The notes under the pieces: model-generated
What the model was told of the DNA's origin: nothing
Database searches by the model: none
What the model saw: only the letters and a program-made list of their open reading frames with translations
NCBI RefSeq assembly: GCF_026571515.1
Contig: NW_026862940.1
Coordinates: 1-64,000, forward strand
Length of the DNA stretch: 64,000 nt
Direction of reading: 5' to 3'
Source of the DNA: Ruditapes philippinarum
Lineage: Eukaryota
Made by a program: the position numbers and the translations under genes
Part shown: in pieces, positions 63,530 through 64,000 of the stretch
Layout of the letters: each line of letters starts with the position of its first letter
Position numbering within the stretch: the stretch's first letter is position 1

Positions 63530-64000
63530 ACAACAAAAATAAGAGGGCCATGATGACCCTGAAATCGCTCACCTGTATATAAAACTCTCAATGAACAAGA
63601 ATGATTTTGACCCTCATGACAAATTTTTAAACTCAAGCTCTTTTGGTTTTTCAAAAGAATATTTGCCATGGCAACCAGACTTCTGCATGGAATTAAATTC
63701 TTTGAACAATTTTCAAAGGTGACCACCAATGGAACATTTCTGTGAAGTTTGGATGAAAATGGCTTTAATGTAAAAGTTTAGACGACGGACGGACGCCCGA
63801 CGAAAAGCGAACACAAAAACTCACCTTGTCACTTTGTGACAGGCGAGCTAGAAAGTAAATGCACGGACGAACGGACGACAAACAACAGTGTCACAAAAGC
63901 TCACCTTGTCACTCTACAGTTCCCCTTTTCATATTTGAACAATCTTTGTAGAGGACCACTAGCTCATGTTACATACCAAGTATCAAGGCTCTACGCCTTT
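63530..64000 (-). mobile_element. HINE-like element(s), partial
   Basis: AAGAGGGCCATGATGACCCT hairpin with CGCTCACCTG, (GACG)n, CTCACCTTGTCACTTTGTGACAGGCGAGCTA. Confidence 0.65.

Overview
AT-rich, intron-rich, repeat-dense eukaryotic DNA, most likely from a bivalve mollusc (inferred from the Pif-like gene and the SINE/HINE repeat types). All gene models were built by hand from GT-AG junctions and exon phase. The window holds five genes and the start of a sixth: (1) hinderin/KIAA1328, 13 exons, + strand, 393-15426, 816 aa; (2) KTI12, 8 exons, - strand, 26053-17829, 275 aa; (3) dUTPase DUT, 6 exons, + strand, 32854-38399, 167 aa; (4) an uncharacterised Cys-rich secreted, probably GPI-anchored protein, + strand, 48468-51904, with a tentative first exon at 43240; (5) a Pif-like chitin-binding plus LamG protein, + strand, 58097-59287; (6) a TATA box and ATG-only first exon at about 62467-62569. 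The remainder is transposon-derived: a decayed non-LTR RT, a very young LTR element, tRNA-derived SINEs, Helentron-type HINEs with satellite cores, many MITEs (several nested, some with an empty-site copy in the same window) and minisatellites. The most notable observations concern splicing: a U12-type last intron in KTI12, a five-fold tandem duplication of a KTI12 splice acceptor (echoed in gene 4), and a candidate 15-nt hinderin microexon flanked by UGCAUG motifs. The LTR element also lacks a PBS and has its 5' LTR fused to a coding remnant. I see no evidence for a wholly new multi-gene system. Most short ORFs in the supplied track are spurious.
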